A DNA stretch of 64,000 nt from Callorhinchus milii (lineage: Eukaryota), in assembly GCF_018977255.1 (NCBI RefSeq), contig NW_024704743.1, positions 31,994,001 to 32,058,000 of the forward strand, in the 5' to 3' direction. Below, one piece after another: positions 38,326 to 51,770 of the stretch; position 1 is the first letter of the stretch; the number at the start of each line of letters is the position of its first letter. The notes under the pieces were generated by a model. That model did no database searches and was not told where the DNA came from. It saw only the letters and a program-made list of their open reading frames with translations. The position numbers and the translations under genes were made by a program.

Positions 38326-39133
38326 ATAAATAAAGTAAATTACATTCAAACACATATTTCTGCACGCTCAAAGTGTAAACTCCTGGTCTGGCTCATTGAG
38401 ATTTTCTCAGTACAGTGCAGCCCTATTATAATGTGCTTCTTTTAGCTGAATTCAGTTATAGCACAGTTCACCCACTTACTGTGTGTGCTCAGCTGGCCCA
38501 TTCGCTTTCTTTCTGCCACCTGGCTCACACATTATGATGGCTGACTTCTGGGTCATCAACTCGAAATCTACGTAACTTCCCATCTTGCAAATGTACAGCA
38601 CACAGAAAATGACACCAGTAGTGACCTGATGATAATTTGTTTACCACAGGGACCATCCGGCGAGCAGGGACTGAGTAGATCATATCGATCCCAACCACCA
38701 CATTATAACAGAGCCCCACTGTAACTCTTTCAAAGAAGGATAATGAAGAATAGGCTCATTGCTCACTACGTTCTTTCTGATCTTGTGTAATAAATGAGGA
38801 GAAATTTGAGCTTTTACAAATTTGCATTTAATAGCTAAGAACAAGTGTTTGAGTTTAGTCATGGTTCAGATTCAAAGTCTTGTTGTTGCAAGTGTTAAGA
38901 TGAAAGCATAGACCACATAGGCCAACAGAAACTTCCATTTGTACACATAAAATTACTAAACCATGACGACACGCTTAAAGTACTGTATTTTCCTATTGCA
39001 GACATGCATTTAATTCATGGGATTCAGGCCAGCAACAAGACCTATAATGTAAGTTTTTAGTGCTTCAGAGCAGTACTGAGGGAGTCCTGAATTATTGGAG
39101 GTGCCGGCCTCTGGATAAGACATTAAAGTACAA

Positions 39134-39354
39134 AGACCTGAAATTCCACCTAAATTTAGCTCATAAGAAAATTTTGTCTTAAAAATCACACTGAAATGTA
39201 GAAAATTCTTACATTCAGTCTACGTTTGGAAGCCAGTTTTCAGTTTTTAAATTGAGATTGAGTTTAAGAGTTTTCCTCATTTCTGTGGCCTTAAATTATA
39301 AGACAACATGTCTTATATATAAATATAGGTTAAGATTATGTGGAATTTCGAGCC
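39134..39354. mobile_element. Palindromic MITE-like element
   Basis: Ends GACCTGAAATTCCAC / GTGGAATTTCGAGCC; inner arms (TGTCTTA..GAAATG..GAAAA.TCTTA.A.TCA.TCT) are also imperfect inverted repeats. Confidence 0.6.
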
Positions 39355-39698
39355 ACAAATTACTACCTGCTTGTTCTTCAGCACTATTTCAAAAAATAGC
39401 AGGGAGTTCTACAAGTGTCCTGACCAATATCCCTCCCTCGTCCAACTATGCACAAATGGTGAGAGACTAAGTGTGGAGCATCAAAGGTAAGAAGTAAAGA
39501 CTATTGGTTGGACTTATGAAAGACTTGAAGAGATCATCTTTGAAGAGTTGAAAGACACAGATTTCCATTGCTCATCAAAGGGCAATGGAGGAGATCAAAA
39601 CCGAATGATTTTTGCCATTATACTCAAGGACGGTAAAGGTCATGCACACTTTGGAAGAATGGCAGTTTCTGTGTCACTGTCAAAATGACAGTTTGTGT

Positions 39699-40110
39699 GT
39701 CAGGATGGTGCAGTGGTAGCATTCTTGCCTCTGAGTCAGAAGGTTGTGGGTTCAAACCCCACGTTGGAACTTGAACTCACACAATCTAAGATGACCCTCA
39801 AATGCAGTGACACTCGAAGGCCGTGGTTCATTGCTGTCCTTACGATGAGACATTAAACTGATGTCCTCTCTGCATGTTCAGGTGGACATTAAAGATCCCA
39901 TGGCACAATTCGAATAAAGAAGGAAATTTCTCCTGGTGACCTGGTCAATAAATCACCCAAATAAAATTGATCACTCACTCCATGGCTGTTTGTGGGATAC
40001 TGCTGAGTGCAAAATTGGCTGCTGCATTTTGCATATAAAATACACAGACTTTGCAATATATCCTGTGAAATGCTTCAAGAAGTTTTGACAATGTGATAAG
40101 GCACTATATA
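39699..40110 (+). mobile_element. Deu-domain SINE, family B
   Basis: TGGTAGCATTCTTGCCTCTGAGTCAGAAGGTTGTGGGTTCAAACCCC head plus Deu core. Confidence 0.82.
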
Positions 40111-41754
40111 TTTTTTAAAAATTGGCCACTCAACCCTGGAATGTTTATGGGACATTTTTGACGCATTTCGCCCACAAAATATACAGTCAATTCACTTTAC
40201 GGTATATTCTGTGATGTTTTGAGACGTCTGAATGATGTGATAAGGCACTGAGGTGAAGGGACTCTGGGATAGAGTTCCAGAGAGCAGGGGCAGAGACGCT
40301 GAAGACCTGACCGCACAAATGTCCTCTTGAGGGCATTCATGCTCAGGAGGAAAAGTAAAATGGAAAGACTGCTGATACAACAGTGGCTCAATAACACAAT
40401 CACTGCTTTGGTGTCTGACTCAAACGCACAAAATCAGCAAACAAGGAAAATAATGCAAATAAAGTCGTTGAAAACAGATTGTTTTCCTGTGAATAGGTGC
40501 GATTCAGGGTTTTCAGTGACACTCACAGACTGCCTGGCCTAACAATACAAACCCATATAAGCTCAGCGTGACTGATGACTAACACTCTGCTCTAGACCAG
40601 ACATACAAAACAGAAACAAAATCCGGCCCCTTAGACTCCAAATGAGAGTTCGAATCCCTGCCTTTCCACTTAATAAATACTTCAAGAGTTCACAAGTAAG
40701 CAAAGAAGTGGCCGAGATTTGAAATGGATTAAAACTGAACGAGTAAGTGAAGATCTTATGATCTCAGAAGACTGCTAGATGAATATTTATCATCATTAAC
40801 GTCATTGTACAGCAAAAGACAAAACGGCCCAGGCCAGCTGGGCTGACGGTGCTGGTGGCGGTGCGGAGGAGGCTTCAGGTTTTTTTTCCAAGGATCTCGC
40901 TCTCAACAATCACATCTCTGTCCGCGAGCACATTCCAGCACCACACAGTGTTTTGTCCCCTCAGAATAGACATTAGTGGCGCATACGTGGAATCTTTCTT
41001 CTTTGTACCCAGGGAAAATAGCCTAGAAATTCTGCCTTTTCATGATGCCTCTGACTCATCTTTTCACTAGCTGCATTAACATTCCCTTGACTGCATGCTC
41101 CCGGACATCTGGCCTGCCTGCCAGTGTGAACAACTGGGCTCTTCAGCACAGTTTTCAGCAGAGGAGCCAACACTTTCTTTTCTCCTTCCACACAAGCCAT
41201 AATCGCCATTTGATTAAAACGATTACATCTAATGGCCCTCCTGGAACATTCAGATGCTTTGATGGTAGCCTGAAAGCAACAGATGGGCCGCTGTCCCGGT
41301 CACTCAGAGAGGTGGGCTGTGCGAGCAACCTTGCACTGCAGGGGGTCCCGGGGCAGCTTCAGTTTCGAGTTGCTTCATATGTGAAGGCCACTTCATGCTA
41401 GAATGGCAATAAACGTCAGGAACCAAGACCCGGGGAGTTCACAAGCTTCATGTAATTGATTACTAGATGCAAAGAAGTCTTCACTAAGCATCTCAGGCAA
41501 GGGTTAGGAACTCACTAGTTATGACCATCTTCGATTAATATCACCAATATTATATGGTTAATCCTTGTATTTAATATACAACAACAACTTGCATTTATAT
41601 CGTCCTTCATTTGGGGTAGCATATCGGAGCACTGGAATATACCGTATAACAACCTGCAAACATCTCAAAGTGTTTCACAGGGAATTGGTGTCAAGTGTAA
41701 AGGCTTCCATGGCAGGCAAAAGCGACGGGCAATTTTTTTTCTTTGCATTTGATA

Positions 41755-42080
41755 TACAATACAAAATTACATTTATAAAACGTCTTTCATGTTGGGAGGA
41801 CTACTCAAGGCACTGAACAGTCAGGGATTAGGACCCAAGCGGGGGAGGGGTTTGAGATCAGGGAAGGTGGAGGGCAGAGAGGGTAGGAGAGTGGCCAAAG
41901 GCACGGTCGAAGAGAGGAGGATCTTGAGGCGTGCCTTCAAGGAGGCAAGGGAGTGGCGAGGTGAAGGGATTCTGGGATGGAGTTCCTGAGGGTGGGGACA
42001 GAGAGGCTGAAGGCCCGACCCCGATGGTGGGGCAGGCTGGGCGGTGGATATGGAGCAGGCTGGAGCCTGCTGAGCGGAGG
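41755..42080 (-). mobile_element. L2 LINE 3' fragment
   Basis: SLRSAGSSLLHIHRPACPTIG..; L2 tail. Confidence 0.82.
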
Positions 42081-43260
42081 GATAAGATTGATAAGGGGTT
42101 AGCAGGTGGTATAGATCTCATCATCATCTCAAAGTGCTTCACAGAATAGTGAAATTGCCTGTATATATTTTTGGGGCAAAATTTGCGCCCAGCAAGAATT
42201 TACAATCAGCCATAAAATGAGTGACCAATTTTATCTGGGGGATTGTTGGCCAGGACACCGGAAGAAACACTACTCTCTTTTCAAGTAGGTCTGTGGAATT
42301 TTTAATGCCCACCTGAAGCGGTAGAGGGGACCTTAGTTTAACATGTCACCTAAGATAAAAATAATAATTATAACTTGTAATTATGCAGTACCTTCCATGT
42401 GAAAATAAAATTCTCGAAGCCTTCTACCAAACATGATTGATCAGAAATTAAATGATTAATCATTATTGTGTATTTAATAACAACAACAATTGACATTTAT
42501 ATGGTACACACCGTCACATATGATAATTTCTAAAAACCCCCATCTAAGTGATGGGGTCGGTTACCGAGTAGGGAATGGGGAAAGGGGGTAAAGGAACAGT
42601 CAAAGAGGTAGGTTTTAAGGCAGGACTTGAATCTCGATAGAGAGGGGGTGGGATGGATGGGTGGGTGTAGGGAGGGAGTTCCAGAGATTAGGGACGTAGA
42701 ATCAGATAACCTTTATCCTAATATTTATGCAGTTCCCAAAATCCAAATATTGAATCAAACAATCTAGTTTCAGATTACTCAAAGAGAATACTGAAACCAA
42801 TGGGCTTCTCTAACTCCACGCTCTGTTCGTTGTAGAAATGTCTGGAGAAATTTCCTGATGTGTAGCGTGAAATCTACATCAAGAAATCTCCAAAGGACAC
42901 TAAACAGTGAAAGGGTTAATAGCCTTTGCAAAATGTTGTGGAGTTAATTTAGGAAATCTGTAAATCTGGTGGCAAAGGGACCAAGTGTTGCTATTAATTG
43001 ATATTAATGTTGGTGGCAATGGTGTAGCCACAGCGTGGGGCACTGGTAGATTAATCACATCACTGGCACTTTCAGCACTTTGGTCCAATTCAGAGTCCGC
43101 ACCTGTGTAGCGCTCCCTCTGTGATTCTTCACAGATAGATTGAAACTCTTCGGCCCGACCACCAGCTTCAAAGTGATTTGTACCTGAAACCAAACCCTAA
43201 TCAAAGCACATGAACCAGTAAATGGAGTCAGCATCTTAGATCTTCCAACACATGGTCTGA

Positions 43261-43279
43261 GTTGCCCCCTTGTGGCAGT
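43261..43279 (-). promoter_or_regulatory. Candidate CTCF site
   Basis: Reverse complement CTGCCACAAGGGGGCAAC resembles the CTCF core CCASYAGRKGGCRS; lies in unique sequence. Confidence 0.5.
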
Positions 43280-43834
43280 TCCTCTTTATTGTACAGTATA
43301 AATTACTGGGACTGTGATTAAGCTCTGTGTGGTGCAGTTATGAAGCTCACATGACTCACGCTGCAATAAAATACCTGCATAAAACATCTATAACAACAGG
43401 AAAACAGTTTTAGCTTGTAAAGTGTATGTCCTTTCGGTTCTGGTATATTTCTCTTTTGTAATTTCAGTCCAGAGACTATTTTATAATCTTTGCTTTTGAA
43501 ATAGTGCCTAAACTTGTAAACACGTCTCAAAGAGCTCCACTGAAATTGTTTTCTTCAAAGTAAAGTGACTTTGTACTTGTAGACAAATAGTTATTTAATA
43601 TCCAGGAACTTTGTGGCCTGCGTTCTCTCTCATATCAGGCTCTGTGAGCTTATCACCCACATCCTCGTGTCAGCTCTACTGGCTTCCCATCCCCAGCAGA
43701 TCAAATTCAAGATTCTTATCCTTACGTCCAAATCCCTCCATGGCCTCATCCCACCCTAACATCCCCCAACCCTACCTGGGCACTTTACCTGCTCAGCAAA
43801 CATCAGCTGGCTTCATGCTCCCCACAAGATCCAT

Positions 43835-44263
43835 GGAGTCCTGTAGCTGAATATTTGGAGTACTCACCTCACAAACGAGAGATCTGGGTTTGATTCCCAG
43901 GCAGGGCGAAACGTTGGGCAAGTTTCCTTACTCCATATGCCTCTGTTTGCCTAGCAGTAAGTAGGAACCACGATTAGTGGGTTGCTTTTCCGGGGGTAAT
44001 AATTCAAAACAAACAAACAAAAAAAATTGGTCCCTTCAATCCACAACTGTTTGTGGGACACTGCCATGCACAATTACCTGCCACGTTTCGCCCACAAAAT
44101 ATACAAAATATACAGTCAATTCACTTTACAGTATATTCTGTAAAACGCCTTGAGACGTCCTCCCGACGTGAAAGGCTCTCTATAAATAGAATCTTGTTGT
44201 TGTTGTTGTCTCGAAGACGGGATAAGGCAAATGCAAATGCAAGGATTATTATTATATTATTAT
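43835..44263 (+). mobile_element. SINE family A, full length, with an L2 tail inserted in its tail
   Basis: GGAGTCCTGTAGCTG head; the tail is split by CTCCCGACGTGAAAGG..(TTG)n at ~44155-44209. Confidence 0.85.
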
Positions 44264-44502
44264 TGAGATCCACTCACCATAGATGAGCAAGCTTTCAGCC
44301 AGTATGACAGATTAACTGGGACCTTGCTTTACATAAGTGACTGCTGCGTTTGCCTACACAAAGTCACTTCACATGACAGCAATTAGGCATGAAGTGAAAT
44401 TTGGAGATGTTATAAGGTGTTGCATCAAATGTAAGGGCCTTTCTTGTTATTATTATTATGAATGTGCATTAAATTCCAGCACTCTGAGCCACTACCTCAA
44501 AT

Positions 44503-44730
44503 GAACAACAACAACTTGCACTTATATAGCGCCTTCCATGCCGGACTGCGTCTCAGAGCGCTTAACAATGGTGGTGCCCAAGGCCAAGCCGGGGGTGGGG
44601 GAAGGTGACCATAGGCGCAGTCGAAAAGGAAGGTCTTCAGGCGCGACCTGAAGATTGGGAAGGAGGGAATGAGGCGAAGGGTTTGAGGGAGGGAGTTCCA
44701 AAGTATCAGGGTGTAGCGGCTGAAGGCACT
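44503..44730 (-). mobile_element. L2 LINE 3' fragment (older subfamily)
   Basis: WNSLPQTLRLIPSFPIFRSRLKTFLFDCAY plus (TTG)n tail. Confidence 0.8.
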
Positions 44731-45454
44731 AAACAAATGTAAGTTGTTGTTGTAAATTCTCCCTGCCAGTTAGGGGTAACACGTGCAGCTTGTGCGAGCG
44801 GGTTCAGCTGCTGTTGACAGTTTGGGATAGCATGTGCAGCCTGCAGGAAGCAGCGTAGGGGTGGCGGGTGGGGGGGGGGAGAGGGGGCGAGTGGGAATAG
44901 TCCCAGTGGCAATGTTGGAGCAACCTGAGTGTACATGATAAATGTTTGTTATCAGCCGTTTGGGTGCGAACAGGAATCTGTCACATCAAATTTCTTACCA
45001 CAATTATAATAGGAAAAAATGATTAATAGTGTGTCAAAAAAAGTGTGCCAGAAAGAATACTCTGGTGCAGCCTCCCAACTACATGATGTTTTTTTTCTTC
45101 TTTTTTTAGATTTGCTGCCAGTAGATGTGCCTCAGGGACAGATATATTATTGTAACCATGTGTCTATTTGCATAGAATCTCAACACTCCTTTGAAGTTGT
45201 TCCTTTGGGTGAGCAATACTTACAATATTGAAAATGAGAATTAGATTCCGTACAAAACTTCTCCGCCTATTCTGTTTTACATTCGAGTATTGTCCTCGGT
45301 TCATCAGCATTATTATTAATGTTCGAGTAAGTTCCATTCTTTTAGGCTGTTATGTGGCTTAAGAATAGGATGAAGCCAGAGGTAAGTGTAACAAGGACAG
45401 GGAATGGTTCCTGAGGATATAGAATGCCTTGGAGAATCTATTGAAAGATATAAA

Positions 45455-45818
45455 CAAAGAGCTTGAATTTTTATAGTCTCCTTCTAACGTCAAAACATCA
45501 CAAGGTGCTTCACAGATAATAACTTTCAAGTGTAGGGATTGTTTGTGGAGGTAAATGTGGTATCATTTGCCACATTTGAAGTGAATTAATCAGGAGGATC
45601 GCTGGTCGGGGCAAATTCCAAGCTCCTTTCGAATAGTATTATGAGATCTTTAAATTGAACAAGCAGATTGGGCCTCGGTTTTAACATCTCATCCGAAATT
45701 CAGCATCTCCAACAACGCAGCACTGCAGCAAAGAGCCAGCCTGGAGAATAAATTCAAGTTCCAATATGGGGCCCATTTTGAACCCACAATCTTCTGACCC
45801 AAACTACTCAGCTGAGCT
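45455..45818 (-). mobile_element. Deu-domain SINE, family B, degenerate
   Basis: GGCCTCGGTTTTAACATCTCATCCG core and GAACCCACAATCTTCTGAC head. Confidence 0.7.
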
Positions 45819-46254
45819 AACATCTATGATAAAGAGGTAAGATAGAATACTGACTGCCCTATGCATTCTTCAGCAATCTTGATTTACCAAGTGATGGTTA
45901 ACTATGCATCTAAATGTCAGAAGAAAAGACAAAATTCCTGGTGATAGTACTATTGGGGAATGAGAGAGATTTCCATTGGTAATGGAAACGAAATGGTGCA
46001 GCAAGCTGGGTAGCCCGTGTGAATTTTTGGAATTGATAAAGAAAACAGCTGAAAAATTTATTTATGACTTCCTTATTTCATCCTTAAAGATCCTATGGCA
46101 CTATTTTCAAATGAGAAGAGAATTACTCCCTCTATCTTGGCCAACAACTTCCCAGACAAATTGGTCATTCACTTCATGGCTGCTTGTGGGACATTGCTGT
46201 GTGCAAATTGGCTTTTGCATTCACATCCAAAATACACAGTCACTTCACATTAAA

Positions 46255-46690
46255 AAAATTTACAGCACCCTTTACACAGGGTAGAGTCTCGGAGCGCTTA
46301 TCAGTGGTGGAACTCGATGTTGAGCTAGGGAGAGAGGAAAGGTTACAGTAGGCATGGTCAAATAGGAAGGTCTTCAGATGGAATCTGAAAACAGGGATAA
46401 GGTGGATGGATTGAGGCAGAGAGTTCCAGAGTTTGAGACACAGTGGCTGAAAGCACAGCCGTCGATGGTGGAGCGGAAGAGACGAGGAACTTGTAGAAGG
46501 CCGGAGTCAGTTGAGCAAAAGGGGTTAGGTAGTGGACAAGGATGTAAGTAGGTCAGAGAGATAGGCGGGTGCTAAGGAATTAATTGAATTGTAAGTAAAT
46601 ATGAGGATCTTGAAGTCAATCGATCCATTCTGCAATAAGGAGCCAGTGGAGCTTGGCAAGGACTGGGGTAATATGGATGCAGTTTTCTAT
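46255..46690 (-). mobile_element. L2 LINE 3' fragment (older subfamily)
   Basis: Plus strand GGATCTTGAAGTCAAT..GGAGCCAGTGGAGCTTGGCAAGGACTGGGGTAAT = ITPVLAKLHWL..IDFKIL on the minus strand. Confidence 0.75.
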
Positions 46691-47699
46691 GGGTGAGAAT
46701 CTGGAGTAAATGACAAGTTCATCTGGAAGAAATGCAGCCAAGACACTGGGAGAAACTGGCTTTTCTTTTCAAATCGTGAAATGGGAACTTTAACCTCTTT
46801 CTGATGAACAGGTAGCAGGGACCTTGTTTTTAACGTCTCATGCGACCGGTGAGGTTCTGAAGGATCTTTGACAGCACATAGTTTCAATTTCTTCAGGGAT
46901 CATGCTTTGAGGTCCGCTTTTGCTTTTTTGTTTCTTGTCCCTTATTTTATAAATTTGAAAGTAATTCTTTTGATGAATGTGCAGCGTCTCCCAGGGCTGG
47001 CTACTTACTGGGAGCTAATGATGGAGGCCAGGGCCCCTTGTCTGTGTCAAACTGAATCCCTGCACACAGCTCAGAAGCTATCAAAAGCGTCTGTATCTAA
47101 AGGCGGGAGGGCAGTGTAATCAGCTCCACTGTGGCTCTGATGGCTGCGAAGCAATTAAACAACCCTGAGAATAATGGTCTGTTTTTTTGCTAGTTTCAAG
47201 TCAAGTAGCAAGTGGCTGGATCAGAACTCTCCTCTCTGACCTTTCACTTTTCATACTCGGGTTTAAATCCAACTCACGTGAATGAGCTGAACAGTTCTCT
47301 TCTCCCTGAGAAATGTTAAGAGCCGAATGCCTCTGAGCCAAAATTCGGCTTGGTTTCCCTTGAGAAAAGATTTAAAGCGAAATCGAAAATATTTCTTCAC
47401 ACAAAGGGCTTGTGAGAGAGAGGGTGGAATGATTATACGCCAGAAGGTGTCAACACAGAATATATGGGCCTTTTCTCTGTCTTTGTCAACAATTCCCTAT
47501 TAAAATTGATTATTCACTCCATAGCTGTTTGTAGGACATTGATGTGTGTTAATTTGCTGCCGGTATGCCAACAACTACACAGTCACTACATTTTATAGTA
47601 AATCCTGGGAAGTGCTTTAAGGTGCTTGATAAGGTCACTGCAATTACTAAACAAGTGTGAAACATGTAAACCATTGACATAAAATGCAATATGTGGTTT

Positions 47700-47718
47700 G
47701 AGTGCCACCTAGTGAATC
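47700..47718 (-). promoter_or_regulatory. Candidate CTCF site
   Basis: Reverse complement TTCACTAGGTGGCACTC resembles the CTCF core. Confidence 0.45.
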
Positions 47719-48774
47719 AACTGATATTACAGAAATATGCTTCATTCATTTATCAGATGAAACATTGTGTTGTGTGTTGTGAAAATTAACATATTGCACT
47801 TTTCACCCATCGGCTCTATTTGAATCTTTTTGTTTATTTTTCTCTTTTTTTCAACCCAAAATAACATTATAATATAATAATAATCCTGGCCTTATCACAT
47901 CTTTGTGATGTCTCAAAGCGCTTCACAGAATATATTATAAAGTGAATTGACTGTATATTTTGTGGGCAAAATTATTAGAATATATAATGCTTGCATTTTA
48001 TTTCCTCCGACATGATCTCTTCCCTTCCTACCTTTGGTAATTTCCTCCAGTCCTATTTTCCTGGTGGTGCCCTCCTCTCTACCACCTTTGGTCTATTGCT
48101 ATCCCACCATCGGTGGTTGAGTTTCAAGCCATTATGCCCTTGCTCTCCCACATTCCCTGTACCTCAGCCTCTTCTTATTCTTAATGTACCAACACTGTAC
48201 CTTATTACTTTGCTTTATAAATAAATAATGCATGTTTTTAAGTCTCAGATAGTGGGAATAAAGCGAATGCAATAATTATTACCAGTGAAAAATATCAAAC
48301 CACATACCGGATTTGTTTTCCCTCTGTGTGTAAAATAAAAATCCAGTGTTTTGCTAGATAATATTAGCAAGGTATGACAATGTAGGAAAGAATACTAACC
48401 AGTGAGGATTTAAATATAAACCATCATCTAACTTAGGAGATGCGGGAATCGGAAGTAAAACGGATTGGTCAATGGAGAAAGTTGGAACATGCAGTGGAAA
48501 TCTGTAACAGAGAAATGAGATTGGAAAGATAAAGAACTGCCATCAAGTAATAAGGCTGTATCAGTTTAGCTCAACTGTTATCACTGTTGCCTCTGGGAAA
48601 GGTTGTGGGTTCAAACTCTATGTCAGGACTTGAGCTCAAAGACTGATGCTTCATTGCAGGACTGGGGGCAGCTGTATTTGCACTTTGAGACATCCTCCCA
48701 ACTTGAAAGGTGCTATTTAATGTAAATTGTATTGTGTTGTATTGTCAGAGGGGCCTTATTTTAGATGAGATGTC

Positions 48775-49185
48775 ATAATAACAATAAACTTTGCATTTGT
48801 TATAGTACCTTTTCCCGTTGGAAGGACGTCTCAAAGCGCTTCACAGGATTTACTGTAAAGTGAATTGACTGTGTTTTGTGGGCGAAACATGGCAGCCCAA
48901 TTGCACACAGCAGTGTTCCACAAACAGTCATGGAGTGAGTGAATAATTTTATTTTGGGGGATTGTTGACCAGGACCCTGGGAGAAACTCCCTTCTCTTTC
49001 TGAATAGTGCTAAGGGACCTTTAACATCCACCTGAACAGGCAGATGGGACCTTGGTTTAACGTCTCATCCAAAGGTCGGCATCTCCGACAATGTAGCACA
49101 ACCACAGCACTGCATTGGAGTGTCAGCATAGAGTATGTAATTCCAAGTCCCGATAGGGGCCTTGAACCCACAACCATCTGACTTT
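48775..49185 (-). mobile_element. Deu-domain SINE, family B
   Basis: Deu core plus a tail very similar to the family A tail. Confidence 0.8.
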
Positions 49186-49719
49186 TCCAGGTGTACATTA
49201 CACATCCCATGACATATTCAAAAAGAGAAAGAGTTTCTTCTGGTGTCCTAGGCAACAAACCTCCAGATTTAAAAAAATCATTCATTTCATGGCTGCTTGT
49301 AAGACCTTACTGTGTATAAATTGGCCACTGCATTTGCCTACAAATTCATAGTCAATAGACTCAGTAGCATTCCCTTCAAGTTCTTGATGTTTATATTATA
49401 CAAAAATACAGACACAGAACAGAGATTTTATGGAGAAACATTCAGCCCACAATGAATTGCATTACTTAAGAAAGGACTATTCTCTAACTCAAATGGAAAT
49501 TTGCCCCCTTTCTTCATACTGTCACAGTATGTTCCTCATATTATTTCAACAACAGCAACAAATTGCATTTATATAGTGCCTTTCATGTTGGGAAGATATC
49601 CCAACGCACTGGAGAACAGTCCTTGCATTTTCACAGTATGTTCCTCAGATTTTCCATCAGTTATTTTTTTCTACAATTCTTAAACGGCCATTTTGGATGA
49701 CTTCAATCCCCACCCTTTC

Positions 49720-50215
49720 ATACAGCACAGAATCAGGACATTTGGCCCAACTGTTCGTGCCAGTGTTTATACTCCACACATATCTCCACTCATTCCTTAC
49801 TCCCACCCAATACCCATCTATTCCGTTCTCCCCCATGTGAAGGTCTAGCTTCCTCTTCGATGCATCGATACTATCTGATTCAATCACAGCTTCAAGCAGC
49901 GAGTTCCACAATCTTATTATCCTCTGTGTGAAGCAGCTCTTCCTAAATTCTCTTTTACAACCCAAGTCACTATCTCATACTTGTGTCCCCTGATTACCAA
50001 CTCCCCAACAAGCCTATTTATGTTAACCATATCAAACCCTTTTAGAATTTTGAACACCTTTATTAGATCCCCTCTTAAGCATCTCTTCACCAGTGAATAA
50101 AGGTCTAACCTTTCAGGTCTATTTATGATAGCAGTGTCATGATAGCAGTAACCTGCCAGCTCTGGTATTCTCCTGGTAAATCTACGCTGTACTCTATAGC
50201 TGCTATATCCTTCTT
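49720..50215 (-). mobile_element. CR1-type LINE 3' fragment
   Basis: ORF 49657-49965: REFRKSCFTQRIIRLWNSLLEAVIESDSIDASKRKLDLHM, a typical CR1 ORF2 end. Confidence 0.85.
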
Positions 50216-51010
50216 AAGGATGCCATTGAGACTGGTATTGGGGTGTCCGATTCAGAAATTATAAATACCAAGTGATGAAGATCGAATGAGTGATCTTTTG
50301 TCACTCGGACAAATTGATCTCAATTTAATTGAAAAATGTCAATGTTATTCGTCTTTGTGCCACTGGATGGTGCACTATGCCTGTTAAAGGATCGACTCCT
50401 TAGCAGAGGAATTGACAAATTTGTGTCTGTATTTCTCTGAATAAATCAATATGTTACACTGACTGCTCACAGTAGTGAAAGCTGACAAGAACACATGGTT
50501 TTATATTACAAGTCACTCGACTATCTGACACCTTAGAGTCAGCATACCTTTCATCTGATCCTCCCCCCTCCTCCAACTCACACCTGGCTTGCACTTCCAC
50601 TCTCACTCTGTCAAGCACTTGGAGACATTCTCCTACGCCAGTAAAAGTGTAAGTTGTTATTGTTGCATCAGTGCTTCTGGAGGAGCGTCTCTAGATACAG
50701 ATCAGGAGCAAAAAGTCAGGCGGATTTTACCCTCTGAAGCCCAGGGATAATGCCAATAATTGTTGTGCCTTTTCTACCTCTCCAGCTGAGATAAGAAAAC
50801 TGCACACACTGGTGTCTGAACGTGACCTTTTCCTAATCTGTCATAGCTTTATTTACTGATTCATTAAAGCAATCCACTGCTACACTAAATAAGATTGTTA
50901 TTAAAAGAAAGTACTTCAAAAGATTCTTAAAAACATCAGAATTTTTTTAAAAAAAAGCTGAGACCTATTTGGTCTTAAATGTCAAGCTTCAGGAGTATTT
51001 GGAGCGCATT

Positions 51011-51770
51011 GTCAGCCTGGTTGTGTTGGTAGCACTTTGAGTCAGAAGGTTGTGGGATCAAGCCCCATTTTGGGACTTGGAGTTCATATTGTCTAAACCA
51101 ATGCAGTGCTGGAAATGTGCTGTATTATTTTAGAGGTGCTGTCCTTCAGATGAGACATCAAACCAACCCTCCAAATAGATGTTAAAGATCCCATGGCACT
51201 ATTCAAAAAGAGAGGGGAATTTTTCCCAGTGTCTTGGCCAACTATTCCCCAAATAAAATTGGTCCTATTTCAAGGCTGCTTGTGCTGAGCTGAAATTGAC
51301 TGCCACATTTACTCACAAAACACATAGTGACACCACTTTACAGTAAATCCTGTGAAGCGTTTTGCGACAAACTGTGACATGAAAGGTGCTAAACCAAATG
51401 CAAAGCTTGTTATTATTATTGACTCAGCTAATAGCGCTCTCAGTTCTGTGTCCAAAGAGTGTAGGTTCAAAATCCATATTGGGACCTTGAGCTCAGTAGA
51501 GGCTGACACTGCAATATAATGTTCAATAGAGCACTGCACTGTCAGAGATGCTGTCCGTTATAAGATGTGAAACTGAAGTCCCACTGGCCTATTCAGTTGG
51601 ACATTAAAAACTCCATGTAAAGGGAGTTTCTGTCTGATTCCTGCCCCCAAATCCTCCGAATAAAACTAGTCATTCATCTCCTGGCTGTTTGTGGAATATT
51701 GCTATGTGTAAATTGTCTGCGGCAAACAGTGATTAACAGTAATTACTGTGAATCGTTTTGTGTTATAAAT
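51011..51770 (+). mobile_element. Two tandem Deu-domain SINEs (51011-51420 and ~51421-51770)
   Basis: Two successive head/core arrangements; the second starts immediately after the (ATT)n tail of the first. Confidence 0.75.

Noticed and set aside
47200..47340. LF-SINE-like ancient element (also ~14575-14700 and ~28120)
   Set aside because: Only short motif resemblance (CCTTTCAC.., GGGTTTAAATCCA) recalled from memory; too degenerate to call without a profile search.
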